The position numbers were made by a program, and so were the translations under genes. From NCBI GenBank assembly GCA_964035575.1, contig OZ037842.1, forward strand, positions 1,794,173-1,814,172: a stretch of DNA of 20,000 bases. The letters run 5' to 3'. This document shows positions 19,663-20,000 of this stretch, piece by piece. The DNA comes from Rhynchopus sp. YZ270_cl-10 (Eukaryota). Each line of letters begins with the position of its first letter. The first letter of the stretch is position 1. Under the pieces are notes generated by a model. The model ran no database searches and was not told the DNA's origin. It saw only the letters and a list, made by a program, of their open reading frames with translations.

Positions 19663-19665
<3 letters not shown>
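19321..19665 (-). repeat. Inverted copy of element 3' UTR segment 18531-18876
   Basis: The reverse complement matches GGGTAGAGGG...ACTACTAAAAAG with only about 3 substitutions and 1 indel seen. Confidence 0.95.
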
Positions 19666-19700
<35 letters not shown>

Positions 19701-20000
19701 GGAAGCTGTGGAAGCTGTGGAAGCTGTGGAAGCTGTGGAAGCTGTGGAAGCTGTGGAAGCTGTGGAAGCTGTGGAAGCTGTGGAAGCTGTGGAAGCTGTG
19801 GAAGCTGTGGAAGCTGTGGAAGCTGTGGAAGCTGTGGAAGCTGTGGAAGCTGTGGAAGCTGTGGAAGCTGTGGAAGCTGTGGAAGCTGTGGAAGCTGTGG
19901 AAGCTGTGGAAGCTGTGGAAGCTGTGGAAGCTGTGGAAGCTGTGGAAGCTGTGGAAGCTGTGGAAGCTGTGGAAGCTGTGGAAGCTGTGGAAGCTGTGGA
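19666..20000 (-). repeat. Poly(T) x31 (19666-19696) followed by tandem array (TGTGGAAGC)n from 19698 to the window end
   Basis: More than 33 perfect 9-bp units. On the minus strand it reads (CACAGCTTC)n-CACAT-poly(A). Confidence 0.96.

Noticed and set aside
18531..19665. Terminal inverted repeats of a DNA transposon or MITE
   Set aside because: The left arm is an internal part of the retroelement 3' UTR and the right arm is bounded by homopolymers. No TSD or transposase.
19698..20000. Canonical telomere
   Set aside because: The unit TGTGGAAGC is not TTAGGG-like, and the window end is not known to be a chromosome end.

Overview
Eukaryotic (protist-like) genomic DNA with short GT-AG introns. 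Left part: the 3' end of a protein disulfide isomerase gene (3 introns, WCGHC, C-terminal EEEL), a CAMKK/GRIK-like Ser/Thr kinase fused to a response-regulator receiver domain, and a disrupted gene for a secreted CAP/SCP + Pro/Thr linker + WD40 protein that is cut off by a perfect 75 x 13-bp tandem array. Right part (8368-19320): an ~11-kb non-LTR retrotransposon with CRE/SLACS-type RT and restriction-like endonuclease motifs. It begins at an HDV-like ribozyme whose first 17 nt are reiterated 4 times and ends in poly(A). Its single ~3204-aa ORF is broken only by a 52-bp tandem duplication. The ORF has an unusual architecture: signal-peptide-like start, Ser/Asn sequon-rich region, hydrophobic segments, LTGG, OTU-like protease, zinc fingers, RT, REL endonuclease, second OTU-like protease, Cys-rich finger and coiled coil. 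After the poly(A) come an inverted copy of part of its own 3' UTR, a poly(T) and a 9-bp tandem array running to the window end. All domain calls are by-eye motif recognition; no searches were run.
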